Below the pieces are notes generated by a model. That model was not told the origin of the DNA. It made no database searches and saw nothing but the letters and a program-made list of their open reading frames with translations. The position numbers and the translations under genes were made by a program. Below are positions 53,628-62,799 of a stretch of 64,000 bases of DNA, in pieces (position 1 is the stretch's first letter; the number at the start of each line of letters is the position of its first letter). Source of the stretch: Actinomycetota bacterium (lineage in GTDB: Bacteria > Actinomycetota > Acidimicrobiia > Acidimicrobiales > Ilumatobacteraceae); contig WLIV01000003.1 in NCBI GenBank assembly GCA_009702045.1, positions 67,591 to 131,590 on the forward strand, read 5' to 3'.

Positions 53628-54563
53628 ATGACCGCACCCCGCCTTCGCGTCGGCTTCTTGGGGCCGCTGGGCACGTTCACCGAACAGGCCCTCAAGACCC
53701 AATCCGACCTGGCCGCGGCCGAGCACGTGTTGTTCCGCACGATGCCCGATGTGCTCGATGCCGTCGAGGCCGGTGACGTCGACCTCGGGTTCGTCGCCAT
53801 CGAGAACTCGATCGAGGGCACGGTGAACCTCTCGCAGGACGAGTTGGCGTTCAACCACGAACTGCTCATCCAACGTGAGGTGGTGCTGGACATCGAGCAC
53901 TGCCTGATGGCGAAGGCCGGTACGCCACTGGCCGATGTCAAGGTGGTGCTGTCCATCCCGGTGGCCATCGCCCAGTGTCACGCCTACTTGCGCAACCATG
54001 TCGGTCAGGCCGATGTGCGCGCCACCAATTCGACCGCCGAGGCTGCGCGCATGGTGGCGCAGGAGCTCGGCGAGGGTGCTGCGGCCGTCGCCCCGCGGGC
54101 CAGTGCCGAGCTCTATGGCCTGGACATCCTGGCGCACGACATCGCCGACCATCCGGGCAACCAGACGCGGTTCGTCGTCGTTGCACGCGAAGGGGTGCCC
54201 GCGCCCACAGGTCACGACCGCACGGCACTGGTGATCTACCAGCGTGCCGATGAGCCCGGCAGCCTGATCTCGATCCTGCAGGAGTTCGCCGCGCGGCGGA
54301 TCAACCTGATCAACCTGCTCTCGCGGCCGACGAAGGACGGTGGTCTCGGCGACTACTGCTTCGTGATCTACGCCGAGGGCCACGTGGCCGACGAGTTGCT
54401 GGCCGACGCGCTGCGGGCGCTGCACGCCAAACAGGGCAACGTCAAGTTCCTGGGCAGCTACCCGGCCGCCGGCGAGCACGCCCACTCTGCCCGCGAGCAT
54501 GCCGACGCCCGCTGGCGCGAGGCTGACGAATGGGTGCAGCACCTGCGGGCGGCGATTCGCTGA
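53628..54563 (+). CDS. pheA: Prephenate dehydratase
   Basis: VGFLGPLGTFTEQA, TRFVVV, and an ACT domain with LSRPTK (ESRP-type) motif. Start at MTAPRL. Confidence 0.9.
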   Translation: MTAPRLRVGFLGPLGTFTEQALKTQSDLAAAEHVLFRTMPDVLDAVEAGDVDLGFVAIENSIEGTVNLSQDELAFNHELLIQREVVLDIEHCLMAKAGTPLADVKVVLSIPVAIAQCHAYLRNHVGQADVRATNSTAEAARMVAQELGEGAAAVAPRASAELYGLDILAHDIADHPGNQTRFVVVAREGVPAPTGHDRTALVIYQRADEPGSLISILQEFAARRINLINLLSRPTKDGGLGDYCFVIYAEGHVADELLADALRALHAKQGNVKFLGSYPAAGEHAHSAREHADARWREADEWVQHLRAAIR

Positions 54564-54633
54564 CCGAGTTGGTCGAAAAGTGATGGACTGGCGACACCGC
54601 CGGCTCTGTATGTGCACCAACAAGGGAGCACCT

Positions 54634-55284
54634 ATGAAATCCACACGTATCGCCTTGGCCGCCTTGGTCGTCGCTTCGTCCGGGCTCGCCGCCTGCAACA
54701 GCAACGTCAAGCAGTCCGCTTCCAGCAGCACGACTGCCGTTTCGGTGGCTGACACCACGCGCTCCACCGATGTGAGCACCACGGCGCCGTCGCCGGCAGC
54801 CGAGACCACCTTGCCGAACCATGCGTTGTGGGACCAGGTGGCCTTCCCCGAAGGGGTCGGCCCGGATGGCACGCACACCGCACCGGTACCCGAGACGGGC
54901 GTGCTGCCCGACGGTGTGTACTGGACGATCTACAACGGTGGCGGGCAGCAGACGCCTGACAGCACCGTGATGCAGGCGTTCTTCGGCGCTGAGTGCGAGT
55001 CGCAGGCCGCGGCCAGCGGCGATGAATGTCTCAACGGCATCTTCGTGCCCACCGCGCCAGCCCGGAACATCACCGACCTGCCGTTCCACGACAACGTGTA
55101 CATCACGGTCTCCGACGTCACCACGCAGCTGAGCTACTGGATCACCCCAGCCGAGTTGGTCGCGATCCGTTCGGGCGGCACGAGCGCCGGTGCGCCCAGC
55201 TCGTTCGACTTCACGCCGTTGGCCTGGTTCATGACAGTGAAGGACGGTCAGATCACCAAGTTCGAGCAGGTCTGGACGCCCTGA
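54634..55284 (+). CDS. Hypothetical secreted lipoprotein
   Basis: AAGGGAG RBS, lipobox LAAC-N, and a Ser/Thr-rich linker. No recognised domain. Confidence 0.6.
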   Translation: MKSTRIALAALVVASSGLAACNSNVKQSASSSTTAVSVADTTRSTDVSTTAPSPAAETTLPNHALWDQVAFPEGVGPDGTHTAPVPETGVLPDGVYWTIYNGGGQQTPDSTVMQAFFGAECESQAAASGDECLNGIFVPTAPARNITDLPFHDNVYITVSDVTTQLSYWITPAELVAIRSGGTSAGAPSSFDFTPLAWFMTVKDGQITKFEQVWTP

Positions 55285-55314
55285 CCCGGTGCGGAGGCCG
55301 GTAGATTCGGCTCC

Positions 55315-55397
55315 GGAACGGTGGCAGAGTGGACAAATGCGCGCGCCTTGAAAGCGTGAGGGTGCAAGCCCCGGGGGTTCGAATCCCTCCCGTTCCG
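55315..55397 (+). tRNA. tRNA-Ser (TGA), long variable arm
   Basis: GGAACGGTGGCAGAGTGG...CGCGC CTTGAAA GCGTG...GGGGGTTCGAATCCCTC CCGTTCC G. Confidence 0.85.
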
Positions 55398-55420
55398 CGG
55401 ATGGTGCTCGTCGGTCGACG

Positions 55421-56035
55421 TCAGGGTTGGCCAGGGAGCAGCTGCAGGAACAGGCCTTCGGCGTCACTGCACAGCGTGTCGCCGTGCAGGAGGCGGCCGC
55501 TGAGGTAGCGCTTGCGGCCCTCCTCGCGTTCGATCCGCGCCTCGATCACCAGATCGGTGTCCACCGGCGTGATCGATCGGTAGTTCACGTGCAAGTACGC
55601 CGTGCGTGCCACCTTCCGCCCGCCGAGATTGCACAGGTGGCCCAGCACCTCGTCGAACAGCAGCGGCAGCGCGCCGCCGTGCACCGCGCCGTTCCCGCCG
55701 AGGTAGTACTGCGTGAACCGCACCCGCCCGACCAAGTAGTCGTCGCCAATCTCGGTGTAGATGGCGGGCGGCAGGAATGGGTGGCCGCGACCGGGCAGGT
55801 CGCGGCGTCGGCCGGGGATGAGGTCCAACTCGTTACACCGATACGGACGAAGGAATTCGCTCAGCTCGGCGACGCGCCGGCTCATCGCCTCGAGCACGTC
55901 TGCCGGTGGGTTGGTGCTGCCGATCAGGTCCTGCAACTCGCGCACCGCTTCGATGTACGGCCCGAACTCGGCGCCACCGTCCCAGCTCAACGGCGGCCGG
56001 GCGTGCCAAGGATCGGGTGTCGACGTGTCGGTCAT
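55421..56035 (-). CDS. PaaI-family hotdog thioesterase
   Basis: GGNGAVHGGALPLLFDEVLG motif. Start at MTDTST. Confidence 0.7.
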   Translation of the reverse strand: MTDTSTPDPWHARPPLSWDGGAEFGPYIEAVRELQDLIGSTNPPADVLEAMSRRVAELSEFLRPYRCNELDLIPGRRRDLPGRGHPFLPPAIYTEIGDDYLVGRVRFTQYYLGGNGAVHGGALPLLFDEVLGHLCNLGGRKVARTAYLHVNYRSITPVDTDLVIEARIEREEGRKRYLSGRLLHGDTLCSDAEGLFLQLLPGQP

Positions 56036-56157
56036 CCGCCCACGTTGTCGCGTCGCGGGCCTCCCGGGCAACACGCGGGTTGGACGCGGCGCTGACGTTG
56101 GTCACATCTGGAGCCGCCGCGTCGACATGCTGCCCGCCCCGCCCCACCTCCTCGAAC

Positions 56158-56293
56158 GGGCGCGATTCGTGCACCGGCTGACCGGCTTGCGCCCCCGTGG
56201 GAGTTGGGTCGGACAGCAGCGACATGAATCGCGCCCAACCGGGGAGGGGAGTGACAGCAGCGACATGAATCGCGCCCAACCGGGGATGGGAGC
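56158..56293. repeat. Second copy of the GGGCGCGATTCGTGC / GAATCGCGCCCAACCGG element, with the right arm inside a 41-nt tandem duplication
   Basis: Left arm 56158-56177. 41-nt units GACAGCAGCGACATGAATCGCGCCCAACCGGGGAKGGGAG at 56212-56252 and 56253-56293. Confidence 0.8.
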
Positions 56294-56359
56294 GAGGGCG
56301 GGGTGGCATGCTGGTCGGCGCAGTGCTGAGGGTCGGCGCTGGCCAGGAGGGTGACGACG

Positions 56360-57031
56360 ATGCGATTGCATGTGGTGCGTGCAGGGAGTGGCTCGCCGCC
56401 GATCGTGTTCGTGCACGGCATGGGCCTCTCCGGCTCGTCGTGGCAGGGGCTGATGGATCGCCTCGCCGCGAAGCATCAGGTGCTCGCGCTCGACCTGCTG
56501 GGCCACGGCAACTCTCCGGTCCCCGACGACCCGAACGAATACACCCGCGACCGCGCGCTCGACGACATCGACGTGCTGCTCGCGCAGTTGGGCGAACCGG
56601 CCGTGTTGGTGGGCCACTCGCTGGGCGGCTACCTGGCGCTGGCGCACGCGGCCACTCGCCCCGGCGTGGCCAAGGGCGTCGTGGTGATCAACACCGGCCC
56701 CGGATTCCGCGACCCGGACAAGCGTGAGGCGTGGAACGAGCGCTCACGACGCAACAGCCACCGCTTCGCGGTGCCCGAGATCGCGACCAACCTGAACCTG
56801 CAGCACGACTCGGTGGTGATGGACCACCTCGCCGAGATGCAGGTGCCGACACTGGTGCTGGTGGGCGACCAGGACCGACCGGAGTTCCTCGGCGCGGGAC
56901 AGCACCTCGAGCGCAAGATGCCCCACGCGACGTTGGTGGTGCTGGAGGGCGGCGACCACCTGATGCACGAGACGACCCACGTCGACCGGATCGCGGCGCT
57001 GATCGACGGCTTTGCTGCCGGCCTGGGCTGA
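56360..57031 (+). CDS. Alpha/beta-fold hydrolase
   Basis: HG oxyanion motif (IVFVHGMG), nucleophile elbow GHSLGG, and a C-terminal GDH. AGGAGG RBS upstream of ATG 56360. Confidence 0.8.
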   Translation: MRLHVVRAGSGSPPIVFVHGMGLSGSSWQGLMDRLAAKHQVLALDLLGHGNSPVPDDPNEYTRDRALDDIDVLLAQLGEPAVLVGHSLGGYLALAHAATRPGVAKGVVVINTGPGFRDPDKREAWNERSRRNSHRFAVPEIATNLNLQHDSVVMDHLAEMQVPTLVLVGDQDRPEFLGAGQHLERKMPHATLVVLEGGDHLMHETTHVDRIAALIDGFAAGLG

Positions 57032-57044
57032 GGCGTTCTGAGCT

Positions 57045-57335
57045 TCAGTCGTCGGTGGCGAGCAGGTCGGCGCTGACGGCGAGGGCCAGCGCGACCGCCG
57101 CGGCGCGTTCGACCACTGCGTTGAAGTAGTGGCCAGCAGCGGTGCCGTTGCCGACGGGCGGATCGCCGAGTGAGCGCAGCAATGCGCCGACGTCGGTGGG
57201 CGCGGGAATGCGCTGCACTTCCGGCAAGTCGCCGCCGGCGCGCCACACGTCGATCGCGTGCGACTTCTTGCCGTGCTGTTGCTGACGACGACGCTGGTTG
57301 CTGTTGCGCGACTTGCTCTGCGGTGGCTGGTTCAT
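57045..57335 (-). CDS. Small hypothetical protein (basic Gln/Arg-rich N-terminus), translationally coupled to the SNF2 helicase
   Basis: 96-aa ORF whose ATG overlaps the helicase stop (ATGA). No motif recognised. Confidence 0.5.
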   Translation of the reverse strand: MNQPPQSKSRNSNQRRRQQQHGKKSHAIDVWRAGGDLPEVQRIPAPTDVGALLRSLGDPPVGNGTAAGHYFNAVVERAAAVALALAVSADLLATDD

Positions 57336-60300
57336 GACATCACCCCGCTGACGAGTGCCATTGCGGCCGCCTCGCTGCCCGGTTCTTCGGCGAGCAGTTC
57401 GTCGGGACGCAGACCGAGTGCGATGCGCAACTGATCGGTGTTGAGATCCGAGATGGACGACGATTTCGGCAGCACGAGGTTGGCGATGTGGCGCTTGCCA
57501 GCGACGACCTCCTCGACCCGTTCGTCCACCGTGCCGGGGCACACCAGGCGGTGGGAGATGACGGTCTTGCCCTGTCCGATACGCCATGCACGGTCGCGTG
57601 CCTGGTCTTCAACTGCCGGGTTCCACCAGCGGTCGTAGAGCACCACGTGGTTGGCGGCGGTGAGGTTCAGGCCGGTGCCACCCGCCTTCAGCGACAACAC
57701 CATGGCGCCCTTGCCGGTGCCACTCTGGAAGTCGGCGACCATCTTGTCGCGCACACCGCGAGCGAGGCTGCCGTCGTAGCACGCGATCGGCTGGCCGAAG
57801 ACCTCGGTGAGATGAGTGGCCAGGCGACGACCCCACGACGCGAAGTGGGTGAACACGAGGATCCGTTCGTCGGCGGCGAACACCGACTCGATGATCTCCT
57901 CCAGGCGGGCGAGCTTGCCCGAACGGCCGGCCAATGGCTCGCCGTCCTCGCGGTACGCGGCCGGGTGGTTGCAGATCTGCTTGAGCGCGGTGATGGCGGC
58001 GAGGATTGCGCCCTGCTTCGGGTCGGCCCCTTCTTCACCCTCCACATTGGCCACGAGCGCATCGAGCACGGCCTGATACAGACCGATCTGCTCTTTGGTC
58101 ATCGTGCAGTGGTCGAGTTCGTCGATCTTGTCGGGCAACTCGCGGGCGACCTCGGGTTCGGTCTTCGTGCGCCGGAACAGCAGAATGCCGTTGAGTGCCT
58201 TCAGCGCGGCCTCGCCGTCGCCGGTCATCTGCGCCACGAACGCCGGCCGCGGCCCGACCAGGCCGGGGTTGGTGAAGTCCATGATCGCCCACAGGTCGCC
58301 GAGACCGTTCTCGATCGGAGTGCCGGTGAGGGCGATGCGCGTGCGAGCGTTCACTCGGCGTAGTTCCAACGACGTGTCGCTGGTGGGGTTCTTGATCGCC
58401 TGTGCCTCGTCGAGCACGAGACGTGACCACTCGATGGCCGCGATCGCATCCATGTCGCGCACCGCCGTGGCGTAGGTAGTGATGACGATGTCGGCACCGA
58501 TGATCTCGCCCGCGAACTCGTGCTCTTCGGCGCGGTCGGCACCGTGGTGCACGAGCACCTTGAGGCCGGGTGTGAAGCGTGCGGCCTCGGCGGCCCAGTT
58601 GCCCACGACGGCGGCAGGTGCCACCACCAGCACGGGGCCGTCACCGGCGTTACGTGCCAGGTGGGCCAACACGGTGGGCGTCTTCCCCAGACCCATGTCG
58701 AGTGCGAGGCAACCACCGAGTGATGATGCGTCGAGGAACCGCAACCAGCCGACAGCCTCGGCCTGGTAGGTGCGAAGCTCGCCGACGAACCCTTCGGGTT
58801 GCATGACGGCGGCGGCCGGCGCGTCGGCGGCGCGGCGGACGATGTCCATCGCCCAACTGCTGCCCTGCACCTGGACACCACCGGACAGACCCGACCCGTC
58901 GAGTCCGAGGCTCTGACGCAGGATCTCGGCACCGGTGAGTTGGCGGACGCCGGCCCGTTCCTCCAGCGCGGCGGCAGCCTTCTCCAGATCGACGCGGTCG
59001 ACCTCAATCCACTTGCCGCCCGACTGCACCAGCGGCCGGGCTTGGCGGGCCAGACGCTTGACCTCGTCGGCGGTGAGTTCGACATCGTCGAACAACACGG
59101 TCCAGGCGACGTTGCTGAGCTGGTGGGCGCCGACCACCGAACCGGTGGGTGTCTCGGCGAACAGGCGCAGTGACGGGGTGGCTTTGCGACGTGACATCGC
59201 AGGCACGCGCACATCGAAGCCGACGAGCGAGAGTGACGGACCGCGCAGGGTCATGAAGTCCCAGGCTTCGTCCTGGCTGAGTGCCAGTTGCCCGCGACGA
59301 CGCTGACCGACGCGGTCGAGCGTGGGGAACAGGCGGGCGAGGCGCGCCCATTCGGCGGCGATCTGGCGACCCGAGTGTTCGGTACGCAACGCGGCATCAA
59401 TCGGCAGCAGCTTGCCCTTGCCGAGGGGTGCATGCACGGATACCAACCACACGCCACCCGAGTCGGGCGGGTCGAGGCGCACCATCAGGCGCGGCCTGCT
59501 CGACGAGGTGATCGAACCGGCCCATTGGTCGAGGCGCCGCCCGAGGTCCAGCGCCATGGTTGCATCGGCCTTGAACATGCTGCCGCCCATGCGGGCGATC
59601 ACGCTGTCGGCGAGGTCGGTGTTCGTGTTGGCCGTGGGCGGCGGGGCCGGCAGTTCCATACGGCCGGCAGCGCTGCCGACGATGGTGTCGATCACGGCGC
59701 CGATGACGGCCAACGTGGTGGGCCGGCCGGCTGCGGCGTCGAGCGCGACGACTGGGCCGGGCATCGCAGTGGCCAGCGCCTCGACGGCAGGACTGTCGAC
59801 GAGCGCCGGCGCCCAGCGGACGTGTGCGTCGCCGGTGCGGCCCTGCGTCTTCTGGCCCACCTTGAGCGTGGGGACGATGCAACCGTTGGTGACCAACCGC
59901 ACACCTTCGACGGCGGCCAGGCCCAACCAGCGCACGCTGGCACCGATGCCATCTTGCATGGCGCCGCCGCCGACGGCGACGAGCCAGCCCAGCGCGTCCT
60001 GCATCGAGATCGTCAGTGCTTCCGCAATGACATTTCCGGGCAGCGGCACACCAGGGTGAACTTCCCAGCCGTGCGGCGGGCCGCCACTGGCCTCCAGGCG
60101 AGTGGCCAGACCCTCGTTGTCCTCCGGCAGGTTGCCGCGTCCGGCAGCCCACACGATCACGTGGCCGTCGGCCCACGTGGCCTGGAGTAGCACCGGTTCG
60201 GGAACGAGTTCCTCGTAGACGAGCGACTCATCCTCGGAGGCAGCCGCGCCCGCCGCTACCGGGAGCGGGCGGAGGCGCAGATACGCAGCCTTCAGGCTGG

Positions 60301-60550
60301 CGAGCGTGTCGGCGAAGTCGGCCATCACCAGTTCGCGTTCGGCGCCGGGGAGATGCCGGGCGCCGGCCAGATCATCCTCAGCGTCGCCGATCAACCGGTC
60401 GAGGATGTAGATCGAGGCCCGCTCGTCCTCATGAAGCAATGCGAGGTCGCCGTCGGTCGAGCGACCGTCGGCGATCCTCCAGATCGCAGTTTCCAGTTGT
60501 CGTGCGTCGACCATCGTTGTCCGTTCCGCCGCGTGACGCGGCCGCTGCAC
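57332..60550 (-). CDS. SNF2-family helicase/translocase with a long uncharacterised N-terminal region
   Basis: LRTYQAEAVGWL, LALDMGLGKT, DEAQAIKN, LTGTPIENGLGDLW, and helicase-C motifs (LKAGGTGLNLTAANHV, QARDRAWRIGQ). Confidence 0.9.
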   Translation of the reverse strand: MQRPRHAAERTTMVDARQLETAIWRIADGRSTDGDLALLHEDERASIYILDRLIGDAEDDLAGARHLPGAERELVMADFADTLASLKAAYLRLRPLPVAAGAAASEDESLVYEELVPEPVLLQATWADGHVIVWAAGRGNLPEDNEGLATRLEASGGPPHGWEVHPGVPLPGNVIAEALTISMQDALGWLVAVGGGAMQDGIGASVRWLGLAAVEGVRLVTNGCIVPTLKVGQKTQGRTGDAHVRWAPALVDSPAVEALATAMPGPVVALDAAAGRPTTLAVIGAVIDTIVGSAAGRMELPAPPPTANTNTDLADSVIARMGGSMFKADATMALDLGRRLDQWAGSITSSSRPRLMVRLDPPDSGGVWLVSVHAPLGKGKLLPIDAALRTEHSGRQIAAEWARLARLFPTLDRVGQRRRGQLALSQDEAWDFMTLRGPSLSLVGFDVRVPAMSRRKATPSLRLFAETPTGSVVGAHQLSNVAWTVLFDDVELTADEVKRLARQARPLVQSGGKWIEVDRVDLEKAAAALEERAGVRQLTGAEILRQSLGLDGSGLSGGVQVQGSSWAMDIVRRAADAPAAAVMQPEGFVGELRTYQAEAVGWLRFLDASSLGGCLALDMGLGKTPTVLAHLARNAGDGPVLVVAPAAVVGNWAAEAARFTPGLKVLVHHGADRAEEHEFAGEIIGADIVITTYATAVRDMDAIAAIEWSRLVLDEAQAIKNPTSDTSLELRRVNARTRIALTGTPIENGLGDLWAIMDFTNPGLVGPRPAFVAQMTGDGEAALKALNGILLFRRTKTEPEVARELPDKIDELDHCTMTKEQIGLYQAVLDALVANVEGEEGADPKQGAILAAITALKQICNHPAAYREDGEPLAGRSGKLARLEEIIESVFAADERILVFTHFASWGRRLATHLTEVFGQPIACYDGSLARGVRDKMVADFQSGTGKGAMVLSLKAGGTGLNLTAANHVVLYDRWWNPAVEDQARDRAWRIGQGKTVISHRLVCPGTVDERVEEVVAGKRHIANLVLPKSSSISDLNTDQLRIALGLRPDELLAEEPGSEAAAMALVSGVMS

Positions 60551-60669
60551 CGTGGACGAACCCCGCGAGTCGCCGTGTGCAGGCTGTCGGTGGCGGGCGG
60601 CGGATGCGCCCTCCCCTCGAGGCTTGGCTGGGCCGACGGTGAATGACCGGGCGACCGAGCAGTTCCACG

Positions 60670-61515
60670 TTATCCGGTTGTGGGCACGTATGCGTGGTCA
60701 GGGAGTGGACGGATCGTGTACGTGGCTGCGGCACCGTCGGCGCGGCCCCGATCGAGTGCCGCTTCGATTGGTTCGCCTGCCCAGTGCGCAACGAGGAAGC
60801 CGGCGATGAACGCATCACCACAGCCGACGGTGGTGCCATCCACAACGATGGCATGGACGGGGGTGAACTGCTCGTTGCGCGTTCGCCCGTCGAACACCAG
60901 CACACCACGCGATCCGAGGGTGACCACCACCATGCGGCCCAGTCGGTTCGCGACGTCGCGCACGCCGTCCAGCAGTGGATCGTCGACCACACCAGGCCAA
61001 CCGATGAACGCCAGCGACAGGTGCGCCATCGTGGCAGCGAAGCGGTCGAGCGTGAGGTGGCGGAAGTCGAGGAAGTCGCCACTCGCGTGCAGGTGGCCCA
61101 GCGCCCCGGTCGCCCCAAGCCGGTGTACCTCGGTGATCACCGGGTCGACGAGCACGGCGTGCAGGTGAGTCGCCTCGGCGACGGCGTTCTCCTCCTCGAC
61201 GGTGAGGCGGAACTCGCTCCACACCCCTTCGACGAAGTGGTCCATGAACGGTTGCCGATCGGAGCGCATCACGATGTCGATACTGCAGTCCGCGCCGTGG
61301 GCGACGATCGACGCGGGCAAGTAGGTGATGTGATGGCGGCGCAGAAAATCGAGCACGATCTCGGGCCGTTCGTCGCCGATGCGCGTGAGGAACGTGAATG
61401 GCTCACCGGCTTGCGCCCAGTGGTACGCCATGTTCAGCGCGCCGCCGCCAGGGAGTTCGAGCCCCTCGTCGAGGTACCTGTCGATGCTGGCGGGGCCGAG
61501 CAGCAGTCGGGTCAT
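60670..61515 (-). CDS. PfkB-family kinase
   Basis: LPGGGALNMAYH N-terminal motif and VGCGDAFIAGFL C-terminal motif. Confidence 0.75.
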   Translation of the reverse strand: MTRLLLGPASIDRYLDEGLELPGGGALNMAYHWAQAGEPFTFLTRIGDERPEIVLDFLRRHHITYLPASIVAHGADCSIDIVMRSDRQPFMDHFVEGVWSEFRLTVEEENAVAEATHLHAVLVDPVITEVHRLGATGALGHLHASGDFLDFRHLTLDRFAATMAHLSLAFIGWPGVVDDPLLDGVRDVANRLGRMVVVTLGSRGVLVFDGRTRNEQFTPVHAIVVDGTTVGCGDAFIAGFLVAHWAGEPIEAALDRGRADGAAATYTIRPLPDHAYVPTTG

Positions 61516-61525
61516 CGCCGACCCC

Positions 61526-62290
61526 TCACAGTCCGGCGAGCGGTTCGGAGCGGCCGGGGCCGAGGGCGAGGAAACGGTCGTAGCGCACCTCCACCACCTT
61601 GCTCATCTGCCAGAACGCCTCGATCGAGAGGTGCGCGCACCCTTCCACGTGGTACCAGTCGGTGCGGTTCGGCAGGGTGGTGATGAGCGCTGGGTCGTGG
61701 ACAGGCACGACTGCCGGGTTCAGCACGTAGCCGGGTGACAGCGGGTCGCGGATCTGCAACAGTCCGTCTCCGCGAAAGCCCCGGGCACGTGGCAGGTGGT
61801 GCGTCTCGCCCGTTCCGAGATCGATGAGGTCGACCGTTTCCGCAGGCGTGTCAGTGACGTCGGGCCATGCCGCGTCGTCCGCGAGTTCGCCGATGACGCG
61901 CCGCACGGAGATGTCCTGGTAATGGTTCATCGCCGTGTCGGGTTGTACGTAGTCGGCATCGTGCACGTTGGTGACGTTGTCGTCGTACACATTGCCGCAC
62001 CGGGTGACGAGGAACCGCACCAGCGCCGGCCGATCGCGCAGGAAGCATCGGTAGGCCTCCTCGTACTCCACGATCGCCTCCGTCATCGACACCACCCGGC
62101 CGCGCACGATGTGCGCGAATCGCCATCCGTCGGCGCCGAAGCGGTCGTCGAGCACCGCCTGACGATGTGCTTTCGAGGCACCGCTGTAGCCCGGGACACC
62201 AACCGGGATCCAGACGTCGGCCAGCTCCGGCCAGGGCGTGGGAGTGCTCACTCTGCCGACCGTAGTGGGTTCCCTGTGGCGCTGAGTCAC
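61526..62290 (-). CDS. Hypothetical protein, no recognisable domain
   Basis: 254-aa ORF with normal (non Arg/Pro-biased) composition, 10 nt upstream of the PfkB kinase gene. Confidence 0.55.
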   Translation of the reverse strand: MTQRHREPTTVGRVSTPTPWPELADVWIPVGVPGYSGASKAHRQAVLDDRFGADGWRFAHIVRGRVVSMTEAIVEYEEAYRCFLRDRPALVRFLVTRCGNVYDDNVTNVHDADYVQPDTAMNHYQDISVRRVIGELADDAAWPDVTDTPAETVDLIDLGTGETHHLPRARGFRGDGLLQIRDPLSPGYVLNPAVVPVHDPALITTLPNRTDWYHVEGCAHLSIEAFWQMSKVVEVRYDRFLALGPGRSEPLAGL

Positions 62291-62373
62291 ACGTCACCGA
62301 CGAAGTGCTTGCAAAAGCTAGCACCGCGGGCGGACGATGGTGTTGGGCCAAGAGAGCCCCAAGGAGGTCAACG

Positions 62374-62733
62374 GTGGACACGATGACGACTCTGAAGAAG
62401 TGGCAGGACGACTACGTCGCGATGATCAAGCGTGTCGAAGAGCCGGTGGTGCGCTACGCCGGCAAGGTGGCCGAGCCGGTGGCCCGCTACCTGCCCGAGC
62501 GGCCGCAGTTCATGGCGCAGATGCCTGCGGTGCGCGAGGTCGTGAGCGAGCAGTTGACGTTCCGTCGTCGCCTCGTTGACGAGCAGGCCGCCTTCGTCCG
62601 CAAGATGATGAAGGCGATGGAGCCGGTGCTCGCCAAGGTTGACGGCCCGGTCACGCAGCTGGCGACGGGCAATACACCCCAGCACGAGGAGCTTCGAATG
62701 CCTCAGCGCAAGGCGACTCGTAAGGTCGCCTGA
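62374..62733 (+). CDS. Small hypothetical helical protein
   Basis: AAGGAGG RBS at 62361-62367, followed by GTG 62374 (ATG 62383 is an alternative). Lys/Glu-rich, helical-looking. Confidence 0.5.
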   Translation: MDTMTTLKKWQDDYVAMIKRVEEPVVRYAGKVAEPVARYLPERPQFMAQMPAVREVVSEQLTFRRRLVDEQAAFVRKMMKAMEPVLAKVDGPVTQLATGNTPQHEELRMPQRKATRKVA

Positions 62734-62799
62734 CGGCCCAGCCGCGAGAAGAACGGGCAGGCGTGACGCCTGCCCGTTCTGCATGTGTACCGTGCGGGC

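Noticed and set aside
57045-62290. SNF2-containing anti-phage defence system (DISARM/Zorya/Dpd-like)
   Set aside because: The hallmark partners are absent: no DUF1998, PLD nuclease, methyltransferase, MotAB-like or 7-deazaguanine genes. The neighbours are a sugar-type kinase and unknown proteins. It is kept only as a low-key finding.
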